Assembly (NCBI RefSeq): GCF_030144855.1
Contig: NC_082732.1
Coordinates: forward strand, 29,760,001 to 29,824,000
Direction: 5' to 3'
DNA from: Hypanus sabinus
Lineage: Eukaryota
Length of the DNA stretch: 64,000 nucleotides
The translations under genes were made by a program, and so were the position numbers. Positions 10,984 through 22,410 of this stretch are shown piece after piece. How positions within the stretch are numbered: the first letter of the stretch is position 1; each line of letters starts with the position of its first letter. Below the pieces are notes generated by a model. The model ran no database searches. It saw only the letters and a list, made by a program, of their open reading frames with translations, and was not told where the DNA came from.

Positions 10984-12010
10984 CTGTTACATAGATGTCA
11001 TTGCCAAAGGCAGTGATGCTGTAGCCACCAGCCAGGTGGTCAGGGAACTCAGCGAGGTATCGCCACTGGCCAGTCTGTGGGTTGAAGCAATCCACCGTTA
11101 CCAGCTCGTCACAGTCCTTGTTGCAGCCGCCCACCACCACCAGTATCTCGGCCAGGCCAGTGGAGGGGCGGGCCCTCATCCTCTCACACGGGTAGTCATG
11201 CCGGTCGTACTCGGACGACTGAAAGGCCCGGGCCTGGTGGATGAGCTTGAGACAGAATGGGGAGTAGTAGACAAGCGGGTCGCTCTCTACGTAGGCCAGC
11301 AGGTAGAAGCGGCGGATGAAGGGCAGACGCACATGCTCAAAGAGCTCGGGCCAGAAGCGCAGCCGGCGCTTGGGATCGGCCTTGACCCACCGCAGCGCCA
11401 GTTGGTAGGCCACCTCCTCTTTGTCGACGTGCAGCCTGTCGTCAGACAGGTACTCGAGCAGCCGACGCTGGGGCAGCGCCTCGAACTCCTTCTCCTCTGA
11501 CAGCTCGATGATGTGGCGCAGAATGAAGCTCTTGGCACTCTCGGCCAGGCTCCGGCAGGCGTAGGCCTCAGCGAACTCCTGGATCTCCAGGCAGTTGGTC
11601 ACGTCCAGCTGGCGCTCCAGGTAGGCGCAGCAGGCCTCCTTCACTGAGTGGAACTGGAAGAGGTCGGCGGCCCGGGCCAGAGGTTCCACGTTACTCTGGG
11701 TGACAGTCACCTGGCCGGTGTAGGAGAAGTCCAGCAGTAGGCCTAGGATCTCGGCCTTCACCCCATGCAGCTCCACCCGCTCGGCATAGCTCTCCTTCAG
11801 CCGGCCGGCAAACATGGCCTTGAAGTAGTGGCTGGCTGCTGCCAGCACAGTGCGGTGACAGGGGAAGTCCTGGCCATCCACCCACAGGGTCATGTCAAAA
11901 AACTTGCGTTCTATCCGCAGCTCGTTGATGCCCTGCAGGATGTTAAGGGCGTGACTGGGGTCAAAGAATGGCAACACAGAGGCCTGGGTTACTATGCTCG
12001 GCCGTTCCAT
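10984..12010 (-). CDS. KLHL21: KLHL21 coding exon 1 (1027 bp): BTB, BACK and start of kelch domain (CUL3 substrate adaptor)
   Basis: ATG at 12010. MERP...[20 protein letters not shown]...[19 protein letters not shown] (BTB)...[17 protein letters not shown]...DIYVTG. Ends at a GC donor (G|gcaagt) in phase 1. Total CDS 1027+406+73+312=1818 nt, 605 aa. Confidence 0.96.
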
Positions 12011-12409
12011 CCTGATGGCTGGGGATCAAATCATCTGTAAAAATCAGAGAGAGCGAGAGGCGATTACAGAGCGCATGGGACCTCAGCAGCTTTATAGCCA
12101 ACCTCCTCATGTGGTGCGTTATATTTACCAGCAACCACACCAGGTGGGACTCATAAATCACACTGCCACTATTTGCATTCAATGGATTAAAACTTGGCTG
12201 ACTGAAACTTATCAGGAACCCAATACTCCCAGCTCAGTCACACAACACAGTCACGGAACAACTTTGTCGCCTTCCAAGCCCCACCTCCTCCTCTGCAATA
12301 GCACAAATACAACTGAGGATCCATTGGGGTCAGAGTTGTGAGTTCAAACCTTTTCTTTGTGGCTTAGCTCTATTAACCCAAGCTTCACTTCCTCCCCAAG
12401 CAAATGTAT

Positions 12410-12700
12410 TTATCTATTTAGAGATACAGCGCAGACTTGATCCCTCCAGCCCCTTGAGCCAAGCCAACCCAGCAAGCCTGACGAATCTGATCAACCTTAA
12501 CCCAATCACGAGGCAATTTACAATGACCAATTAACCTACCAGTACGTCTTTGGACTGTGGGAGGAAACCGGAGCACCCGGAGAATACCAACATGGTTCAC
12601 GGGGAGAACGTGCAAACTCCTAGCAGATTTCATTAGAAATGAACTCTGAAACACCCAGAGCAGTAATAGAATCATGCCAGCACCTACACTACTGTGGTCA
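12410..12700 (-). mobile_element. HE1-like SINE
   Basis: caatttacaatgaccaattaacctaccagtacgtctttggactgtgggaggaaaccggagcacccggag. Confidence 0.75.
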
Positions 12701-13109
12701 CAGTTATGAATGGGAAATTTTACATCTATTCGAGAGGCATGGGTTTAAAGAACAGCAGAACTCCCAGGTTACCTAATATTCAAACCTCAATCAACCTCTC
12801 CAAACACAAATTTTATCTGGACTTTAATTAGGTTTGGATCTTTGGGTGAGCAAATTGATGGTTATGTCTCCTAAATCATAACTATATCATAACATTTCAA
12901 AAGTTCTCCACTGACTTGAAGCATTTCAGGATGTCCATGGCTCTCTTCCCTCAAAAGTTTATAACTTGGTTTGATGGAGCCTGAACAAAACCAATAATAC
13001 CATGCTACGTTTGGGCTCAGTCACACAGGTGTAACTATCCCTCACCTTCATGGAGTTGTTCCCTGACACTGGGATAACTCCTATAGATTTCAAGTTATTC
13101 AATCAGTCA

Positions 13110-13640
13110 CGGCAAACACAAGGAAATCTGCAGATGCTGGAAATTCAAGCAACACACACACAAAATGCTGGAGGAACGCAGTAGGTCAGGCAGCATCTAT
13201 AGGGAGAAGCGCTGTCAACGTTTCAGGCCGAGACCCTTACTATCTTTTCTTTCAGTTAGTCCTGACAAAGGGTCTCGGCCCAAAATGTCGACAGCACTTC
13301 TCCCTATAGATGCTGCCTGACCTACTGCATTCCACCAGCATTTTGTGTGTGTTGCAATCTGTCATGGCCTCCATTTAAAAAGCTCTCCCAGAATGCTGGC
13401 ATTTCCAACAATGGTAACAATCTGCTGGAGGGACAGTGGGTTGAGCAGCATCTTTGGCAAGGTGGTGGTGATGGGGGGGAAAGAGGGGAAGGAATTGTCA
13501 ACATTTTGGGATGAAACCCTGAATCAGAACTGTCAAAATGTCAGCAATCCATAACCCCCACAGATGCTGCTCGACCTGCCAAGTTTCTCCAGCACATTTG
13601 TTTACTGCTCCAGACTCCAGCATCTGCAGTCTCTTGAGAG
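13110..13640. mobile_element. Two adjacent palindromic PLE-derived elements (13110-13357 and ~13380-13635)
   Basis: Arms ~13149-13238 and ~13269-13356 are inverted copies sharing private variants. The second, older element has the same head-to-head layout. Confidence 0.7.
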
Positions 13641-14089
13641 ACCCAGGGTAATATTGGTCAGGAACCTAGTCTGAAGCCTTGAGTATGCCTTCTGTGTGCT
13701 TCTTGTGCAGAGCGGAGCTTTAATGAGGACCACTATGCAACTTTAATGGCATTGAACTTTACCACAGAGGAAAATCCATTCAGTCCATCACTCTCCCAGA
13801 CCCCTTCCACCAAACTCATCTGATTCTCCCTTATACAATGGTTTTTACTTTGTGCAAAACAATATCTTGTCAATTTCTTTCCTCATTCTCTTAAAAGCAC
13901 CAAATTTCATTTATTCCACACTCCTTATTGACTCTAGTCCCTACAAAAAACTCTGAGCAAACTACCACAGCAAAACTTCAGCAATTAAAATAACAATCTT
14001 AATGGCATCTCAACATCACTGGAACTTGTACAAGAACGCTACAGGCAAAGGAATGATAAGATTTTGTAAATGGAAGACAGAATACAGTT

Positions 14090-14770
14090 CTGATAAATTG
14101 AAAGTGCACTTTGGGAGGACAGGTGAGAGGCGACCACACAAATGAAAGATGGGATTGCAAGGAACTATCAAGGAATAGAAGAACCTTGCCGCACAAATTC
14201 AAGGATTGCTGAAGGTGGCAGCACCTGTAGATGAGGTGGTGAAGGCAGAAAATGGGAAACTTGCTCTTGTTAGCTGGGCAGAGAACATGGGTGCAGGGAG
14301 ATTGAGTTAGATCACAGCTAGATTTACTGTGTACGGTTCGAGTATTGTGCATTGATCTCATTGGTATTTTACAGGAAGTTGCAGAGGATTCACCAGAATG
14401 TCACATGCAGTGTTCGGTTATGATGAGAAATTGATTAGGTTGAACATGTTTTTCTTGAAGTGAAGAAGGCTGAGGGCAACCTGATAGAGATATACAAAAC
14501 TAGGAGGAGTACTGATGGTAAAGATAATTGGAAGTATTTCCCTCAATCAGAAGCACCTAAAACTAAAGGACATGGATCTCAGGTATGCAGTAATTGGTTT
14601 AGAGAGGAGTGTAAATTTGGACAAGACAGCCTGAGTGGGTGGTAGAGGTAAGAACTCTCAGAATACTTAAAAGTACCGAGATAAATACTTCATTCACCAA
14701 AACACTCAGGGCAAGGGATCACATGTAGATAAATGGGATTAGTATGGATAAATACTTATAGTTAGTGTTA
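14090..14770 (+). mobile_element. Old CR1-type LINE 3' fragment
   Basis: gaaggctgagggcaacctgatagagatatacaaaact (RLRGNLIEIYK) and gaggattcaccagaatg (RFTRM) motifs. Confidence 0.6.
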
Positions 14771-15517
14771 GTCACTCTCCACGAATCTCCCTCCTGGCAC
14801 TTAACCCTGTAATTGGCAGATGTGCTACACCTTCCCATTAGCCTCCATTTAAGGCACCAAACAGACCTTCGAGGTGAGACAACACTTCACCTGTGAATCT
14901 GTTAGGGCCATTTTCTGTATCTGGTGCTTCCAGTGTGGCCTCCTCTACGTTGGTGAGACCCAACAAGGAACGACACCTTATACTCTGCCTAGGTAACAGA
15001 AAACATAGAAAACCTACAGCACGTAACAGGCCCTTCGGCCCACAGTTGTGCCAACCATGTAACCTACTTTAGAAGCTGCTTAGAATTTCCCTACTGCATA
15101 GCCCTCTATTTTTCTAAGAACCTCCGTCCTCCATCCTGACGGCATGAACATCAATTCCAGTAATTACCCATCCCTCTCTTCATTTCCCCTCTTAGCCCCC
15201 CCTTACCTCTTCTCCTCCCCTGCTTATTAACTCCTTCTCCCCTGTCCACTCTCCTTCTTCTCTAGCCTTTGACCTTTTCCATCTATCACCTCCCATCTTC
15301 TTACTTCATCCTCCCCCCGACACACCTGGCCTCACCTATCACCTTCTAGCTTGTACTCCTTCCCCTCCCACCCCCTTTCCCCCAGCTTCTTATTCTGGCA
15401 TCCTTCCCCTTCCTTTTTAGTCCTGATGTGGGTCTTGGCCCGAAATGTTGGCTGTTTATTCATTTCCATAGGTGCTGCCTGAGCTGCTGAGTTCCTCCTA
15501 TATTTTGTGTGTTGCAG
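14770..15517 (+). mobile_element. Penelope-like retroelement remnant with GIY-YIG endonuclease fragment and 3' terminal repeat
   Basis: 14859-14966 translates to KQTFEVRQHFTCESVRAIFCIWCFQCGLLYVGETQ, the typical PLE Uri/GIY-YIG signature. Followed by a pyrimidine tract and a hammerhead-like unit at 15418-15454. A short tail of another element is inserted at ~14997-15120. Confidence 0.85.
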
Positions 15518-16189
15518 TGGTTGACAAGGACATGGTGTGCTGGAGGGCCCGAGCCTGTCCTCTGTGACTCATCCCATGACTCCGGAAGCAGAGCCCTTGA
15601 ATATTTCAGGGCTGAGGTAGATGGATTATTCATAACAGGGTGAAAGGGTACCACAGATGGATCAGAATGCAGAATTAAGTTTACAATCAGCTGTCAATTT
15701 ATAAAGATTGCCCCATGTATATCGAAATATACAACAATGTCATTTACGTCAAGGACCAACACAGTCCGAGGATTGTACCGGGGTAGCCCGCAAATATCAC
15801 AATGCTTCCAACGCTAATATAGCTACCCACAACTCATTAACACACTTATTAAGTGACAAAACATCTTGAAAGGCTGTGTGACCTACTTCTGCACCATATT
15901 CACATTATCGCAGGGAACATCACTTATTGTGCTATGGAGATCTCAGAGCTACGGTCCTCTAACTAAGGACATTGTGTAAACTTAACTAATTAAAAAAAGG
16001 GGTGAAGATTGACCCTTAAAGAAGAAAAAAAATCACTATTTTAATGGACACATTTAAAGGTAGCTCTTATTTTACCAGCTCTTCAATCTCAGCTGAGTTG
16101 CAGTTCACAACTCAGGAGCTGCAGTGTTGATGGTAATGACATCAGGGGGAACGATGAACCAGAAAATAGGTTGGTTTGTAAAGTGAGCG

Positions 16190-16425
16190 GTATATTCCTG
16201 CCACTGTCTGTAAAAAGTTTGTACATTCTCCCTGTGACTGCGGGGGTTTCCTCCAGGTGCTCCGGTTTCCTCCTACAGTCCAAAGATGTACCGGTTGGTA
16301 GGTTAGTTGGTCATTGTAAATTGTCCCGTGATGAGGCTACGGTTAAATCATTGGTTGCTGGGTGGCGTGGTTTGAAGGGGGCAGAGAGGCCTGTTCCGTG
16401 CTGTATCTCAATAGACAAATAAATA
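16190..16425 (+). mobile_element. HE1-like SINE
   Basis: gtttcctccaggtgctccggtttcctcctacagtccaaagatgtaccggttggtaggttagttggtcattgtaaattgtccc. Confidence 0.75.
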
Positions 16426-17744
16426 ATACGAATGACCTTGTGATATTTTTAAATCAAAGGGAAATTCCTAAACCAATGAGAAACAATTTTGTTCATTTAT
16501 TCTATTATCATGAACAAAAGCTCCATTGTATTGTGACTCTGGCATCTCATATGATCCAAGCTTCTCTTGATGGTCTAACTCAAAGAGCTGGCCTAGGTCA
16601 AGAAAACAGCAGGCAGAAAGGACGGCCTTGGTACTCCAGTGTCACAGAGAGTTCATTTAAATTAAAATCAGCTGGGATTGTTGCAGCTGACACACTGAAC
16701 GGCCATCGTGGTGACAATGGACAAGGGTGAGACTAAACTCACAAGCCACCCAGTCAAATAGTCAATGCCTGTAAATGATAACTGGTAGGTTAGGAACAGC
16801 TAAATGTTAGCTAGGCTTATAAATCAGCAGCAGGTAAAGATTTGATACCTACAGAAAGTGGGGGGAAAAAATGACATTGTACTTACTCTGAATCTTTCAC
16901 TAAATTGTTCCCAAATGAATTCACTTAAGAGCTGAATTCACTTGTCCCTTGAAGCTTCGTAAACTTCACACACAGGACTCTGTCAGTCTCACACACAGAT
17001 GGGCAATATCCAGTCACAGTACACAGACGTCAGCCATGAGTAACTCTAGTTGTCAGCAAGAACACGGGCTAATTAAATGAGCTGAGGTTGTTTTAAAAAC
17101 ATGTATGCTCAAGGCAAAACAAATTTAACAACTCATCATGGACCCCACTTATTGGGCAACAGCTTTTTATTAATAGCATGCTTTACTGTAAATAAGCAAA
17201 ATTAAACACAGAGCCACATAGTAGATATTAGGCTCTGATGAATAAACCAGACTCTGAAGCAACCCAATATATTAACTCTCTATGGAGGCTGCCTGACTAG
17301 ATGAATACTCATAGCATTTTTATTTTTTATTATAGTGAAAATAAGTAAGATAGTTTAGTCAAAGAGGGAAGGTTTAAGCAGCATCTAAAAGAAGAACTAG
17401 AGTACTTGAGGCAGGAAATTACTTTCTTTAAAGTCTGAGCAAACAGGAACGCACAGGAGAACAGGAGCTATGCAGCTTTCAACGTTGTACAGCAGGGAGA
17501 TTATGGAGAGTGGGGGGGGGGGTGCAAAACTGGATCTTTGTTTGTTTACCAGTTTGAAGATTCAAAATATTTGTTTTAGTCACTGTTTTAAGATTTTCCT
17601 TTAACTCCATTTTAACTCTAAATATATTAGAACATGTTGATAACACACACTGGTGTTTTTGTCTTCATACACATTTTACTCCATATCTGTTCTTTAATCT
17701 CCGACTTTATAAAATTCTTTACACTTGATAATCATTCAAGTAAC

Positions 17745-18880
17745 AATTAGGATAGACAAAGGAGAGTCAGTGGATGTTGTGCACTTGGGTTTTCAGAAGG
17801 CCTTTGACAAGGTGCCACACGAGGCTGCATAACAAGCTAAGGGCCAATGGTATTACAGGAAAGATACTAGCCTGAGTGTAAGATTAGCTTACTGACAGGA
17901 GGCAAATAAAGTGAATAAAGGGGATTTGCTGGTTGGCTGACTAGTGGTGTTCCACAGGGTCAGTGTTTGTCTGTTTCGTTCACATTATATGCTAATAATT
18001 TGGATTAAGGAATTAATAGCCTTGTGGCCAAGTTTGTGGAACATAGGTAGAGAGGCAAGCAGTGGCAGATGGAATACAGTGTAGGGAAGTGACTAGTCAT
18101 GCACCTCGGTAGAAGGAATAAAGATGCAGATAACTTTTTAAATGGAGAGATAGTTCAAAAATCCGAGGTGTAAAAAGACTTAAAGAGTCCTTGTGCAGGA
18201 TTCCCTAAAGGTTAACTTCTGGGTTGAGTCAGTAGTAAGGAGGGCAAATGCAATTTTAGCATTTATTTCAAGAGGACTAGAAAATAAAAGCAAGGATTTA
18301 ATGCTGAGGCTTTATAAGGCATTAATCAAACTGCTCTTGGGAGTATTGAGAGCATTTTTGGGCCCCTTACCTAAGAAAAGATAGGCTGGTACTGGAGATA
18401 GTCCAGAGGAGGCTCATGAGAATTATTCTGAGAATAAAAGGGTTAACATATGAAGAGTGTTTGCTGGCTCTGGACCTACTCGCCAGAGTTTAGAAGAACG
18501 GGGGGGGGGGGGGGCGGATCTCATTGAAACCCACTGAATATTGAGAGGCCTAGATACAGAAGATGGGAAAAGGATGTTTCCTATAGTGATGGAGTTTAGG
18601 TCCACAGGGCTCAACCTCAGAATAGAGGGACATCTATTTAAAATAGAGAACTGGAGGAATTTCTTGAGCCAGAGAGCAGAGAATCTGTGATTCTCAGACA
18701 GCTGTAGAGACCAAGTCATTGGTTATATTTAAAGCAGAGGTTCTTGATTAGTCAGGGTGTCTAAGGTTAGAGTAAAAAGGCAGGAGAATGGAATTGAGAG
18801 GGATTAATAAATAAACCATGATGGAATTGTGGAGTAGACTCTATGGGCTGAATAGCCTAATTCTGCTCCCATGTCTTATA
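17745..18880 (+). mobile_element. CR1-type LINE (RT to 3' end), decayed
   Basis: gtggatgttgtgcacttgggttttcagaaggcctttgacaaggtgccacac reads VDVVHLGFQKAFDKVPH. Also GVPQGS and ANAILAFISRGLENKSKDLMLRLYKAL; tail gggctgaatagcctaattctgctccc. Confidence 0.85.
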
Positions 18881-18949
18881 TGTATTGCACTAAACTGCCG
18901 CCATAAAACAAATTTCATGATATATATCGATGACATTAAACCTGATTCA

Positions 18950-19227
18950 ACATTCTCTGGAGTTTAAAGAGGATGGTACAAAAAATAAAGAACATCCAGT
19001 GAGTGGCAGTTCTGTGGATGAAAACACTTCGTTAATGAGAGGTCAGAGGAAAATGGGTAGACTGGTTCAAATTGACAGGAAGGCAACAGTAGCACAAAAA
19101 ATACACATATTACAACAGTGATGTGTGGCAGAGCATCCCTGATCCCATGACGTGTCGATCCTCAAAATGGTTGGGCTTCAGCAGTAAAAAAACCCACTCC
19201 TATACTTAATAAAGTGGCCACTGAGTT
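18950..19227. mobile_element. Partial Tc1/mariner-type MITE (opposite orientation to the 41484-41963 copy)
   Basis: Ends in taataaagtggccactgagt (TIR). Interior is the reverse complement of ~41500-41770. Confidence 0.7.
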
Positions 19228-20404
19228 TATCTGCACAAATTGGATTCCTAAGTTGTTTTATGCCATGGGTCAGCAGAACATGTCCTGGGCTGCACCGAAT
19301 CAAAGCCCCCAGGTAGTAGCCCAATACAGTACCGCATACCAACTGCTCAGGGCCGCCATGAGGGCGAGTGCAGCCCCACCTATTGGCAAAGGACCAGCAT
19401 TGCAGCGCCACCTAACAGCAAGTTCATGTCCTGCAGCATTCACAACAGTATCTAATAAGGCGGTGGCGTATGTATGCCAAGTGGCCTCTGGAACCAATCG
19501 GCCAATCAATAAATCCACAGCTGACTTGAATATAACTTTAACTTCACACTCCTGTTCATCCCAGTAAACTTTCTTTATAAATTAAAATGATATATTAGTG
19601 CAGAAAAAAAAACTTTGTTTTTCATGCCCTTGATCAGATCATTCTATCTCATCAGTACATTGAGGTAGAACAAGGGGAATGCAATAGACAGGATACTGAA
19701 TTCAATAGAACAGAATACATGCGAGATGGTACAGCAGCATGGCAATTCCATTCAAGCTGCTCTATGGCAATCTACTCATTACCTTTTGCCCCCTTGTTTA
19801 TCAAGAATCTTCTACCTCTCCCTTGAAAACATTCAAAGAATTACAAGATCTCCCCCCTCCCAAGAAAGTTCCAAAGATCCATGATTCACAGAGAAAAAAA
19901 TGCCTCAGTCTTAAATGGATAACCCCTTGTTTTTGAAACTTCTAGATTATCAAGAGGAAGCACCCTCTCAAGAACCCCTAGGATTAAATAGTTAAATCAG
20001 GTTAAATAGTCTGTCACCTTCTAAATTCCAGCTGAAACAAGCCTAGCCTTTCTAAGATTTCATTAGGCAACAGAAAAATTCGTTAAGATGTGAATTTTTG
20101 TTGGGTTTATAAATCAGTTACAAAATAACAACACATTATTTAATCCATTCTGTGCACCCATCCCTCAGTCTCACAACTGGATTTTTGAATTTTGTGAAAA
20201 CTGACTACTTACAACATTGAGCTTACTGCCTTAGAGCACTAGATGTGGTGGGCACATTGATGAATGGTTATAGAAATAAATACAAGTACTTATCAATAAT
20301 CACAATGCTTTCAATGTGTGTGTGCGCTATACCCCAATTTCATTCAAATGTTTTATCATAGAATGTCTTCACCTTGCCTTTCAACAGTTTGTCCTATTGT
20401 CATA

Positions 20405-20690
20405 TTGAAAGCTCAAATTTATTATCAAAGTACATATATCCTATACAACCTTGAGATTCATCTTCTTGCAGGCACTCACAAAGAAACACAACAGAATTCA
20501 CTAAAGAACACACACAATACCACCTCATATCCAATTTGCAAAAGGGGACAAATCGCACAAATAGTAAAAATAAGTAAACAAAAGCATGGAATATGAACTG
20601 CAGAGTCCCTGAAAGTGAGCCCACAGCTACAGAGCCCGTTCAGTGCTAAGGCGAGTGAAACCCATCCAGGAGTCTGATGGCTGCAGACCA
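20405..20690 (-). mobile_element. 3' tail of Rex1/Babar-type LINE
   Basis: aaatttattatcaaagtacatatatcctatacaaccttgagattcatcttcttgcagg is the same tail as at 23200-23265, 24120, 26370 and 35335. Confidence 0.6.
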
Positions 20691-21379
20691 ACATCTGCCT
20701 ATTTCACCTCTGCTGCACCATTTTTCAGTTTGGTGAGGTGAACTTCCCTTTTAAATCAAGTCCTTTTCCTGTCTGTAGAAGAAGCACCAAGATCCTACAA
20801 AGACTGCAGAGAACTCCCCTTTGAGAGCAACACCCAGCAGTGACAGATCTTTCAGAAAGAGAAACAGAATTAAAAACAAAGAAACTGCCTAAATTGTATA
20901 CAGGGTACAGTAATTCTGTGAGCTGTTTCATGGATTCCAGCTTTCCAAGTTCCAAACCAATACTCAGGAGGGTAAAATGAGTAATATTATAGGTTATTCT
21001 CAAGTAGGCTCAATGCAAGTTATAACCTTTAAGTTTGACAGGCTTCAGATAACAGCAAGATCTCCAAAGACTGAACACAGCCTGACAATTCTGAAACAGA
21101 CAGTTCTCCTTTTTCCATTGTGATCTCCACCCACCCACAACACCCACAAACATTCCACGATTTTTTTAAAAGACACAATTCACTCTCAGTGTGCAAGTTT
21201 TGAGTGAGCTATTTATTGCCTGGCCCAATTTTGTCTGCAAGACTTGAAAAAGTTTGGAATTGCCATTTCAGATTCATCCATGTTTTTTTTTGCCTTAGCA
21301 AGGAAGACACTTGCCAGGTGAGATTTTGCATCAATCTGACACCTTCATGAAATTTCTACCAATACCATAGTTTTATTTG

Positions 21380-22410
21380 GAGTTGGTATTGGTTTATTAT
21401 TGTTACATCTACTGAGATACAGTGCAAAGCTTGCCCTGCATATTGTTCATACAGATCCGTTCATTACACAGTGCATTGAGGTAGTACAAAGTAAGACAAT
21501 AACAGAATAAAAAACGAAGTGTAACAGCCACAGAGAAAGCACAGTACAGGTAGACAATGAGGTGCAAGATCATTCTGAGGTAGATTGTGAGGTCAAGTCT
21601 ATCTTATCATACCAGCAAACCATTCAATTGTCTTATAACAGTGGGTAAGAGGCTGTCCTTGAGACTAGTGGTATGTGCTTTCAAACTTCTGTATCTTCTG
21701 CTCAATGGGAAGGAGAAAAGAGAAAATGTCCACGGTGGATGGGGTCCTTGGTTATAATTGTTGCTTTTCTGAGGCAGCAAGAAGACAGAGTCCATGGAGA
21801 GGTAGATAGTTTCTGTGATGTGCTGAGCTGTCTCCACAAATCAGTGCAGTTACGTGTAGAGCAGTTGCCATACCAAGATGTTATACATCCAGATTGGATG
21901 TTTCTATGGAGCATCAACGAAAGTTGGTGAGGGTCAAATGGAATATGCCAGATTTCTCTCGCCAGCTGAGGAAATAGAGGCACAGGTGAGCATTCTTGGC
22001 TGTGGCATCTTCGTGGTTGGACAGGACCAGATATTGGTGATGTTCATTCCTAGGAATTTGAAGCTCTCCACCTCAACACTATTGATGTAGACAGCAGCAC
22101 GTGCATTGCCTGCTTTCTAAAGTCAATGAAGAGCTTGTTAAGCTGATATTTAGGGTGGGATTGTTGTCATGTTACTAAGCTCCTTCCTACATTTTGAGTC
22201 CTTGTAAACTTGAGCCTATTGTGGTGGTATTATCTGCAAACTCAGAGAAGGAGTTTTAAGCAGAATCTGGCCACATAGTCATGAGTGTAGAGGCAGTAGA
22301 GTAGGGATCTGACAACGTAACTTTGTGGAACACCAGTGTTTAGAATAATCATGGTGGAAATGTTACTGCCTATCCTTACTGAATGTGGTCTGTTGGTCAG
22401 GTTTCTAGGT
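21380..22410 (-). mobile_element. Rex1/Babar-type LINE 3' fragment
   Basis: IQSGCITSWYGNCS, IIKDPxHPGHxLFS and SRRYRSLKAHTTSLKDS motifs across frames. A similar copy lies at 49370-50010. Confidence 0.8.

Noticed and set aside
10931-11500. 189-aa plus-strand ORF (and other ORFs overlapping 11287-12341)
   Set aside because: Antisense or alternate-frame shadows of the GC3-rich KLHL21 exon; no recognisable domain.
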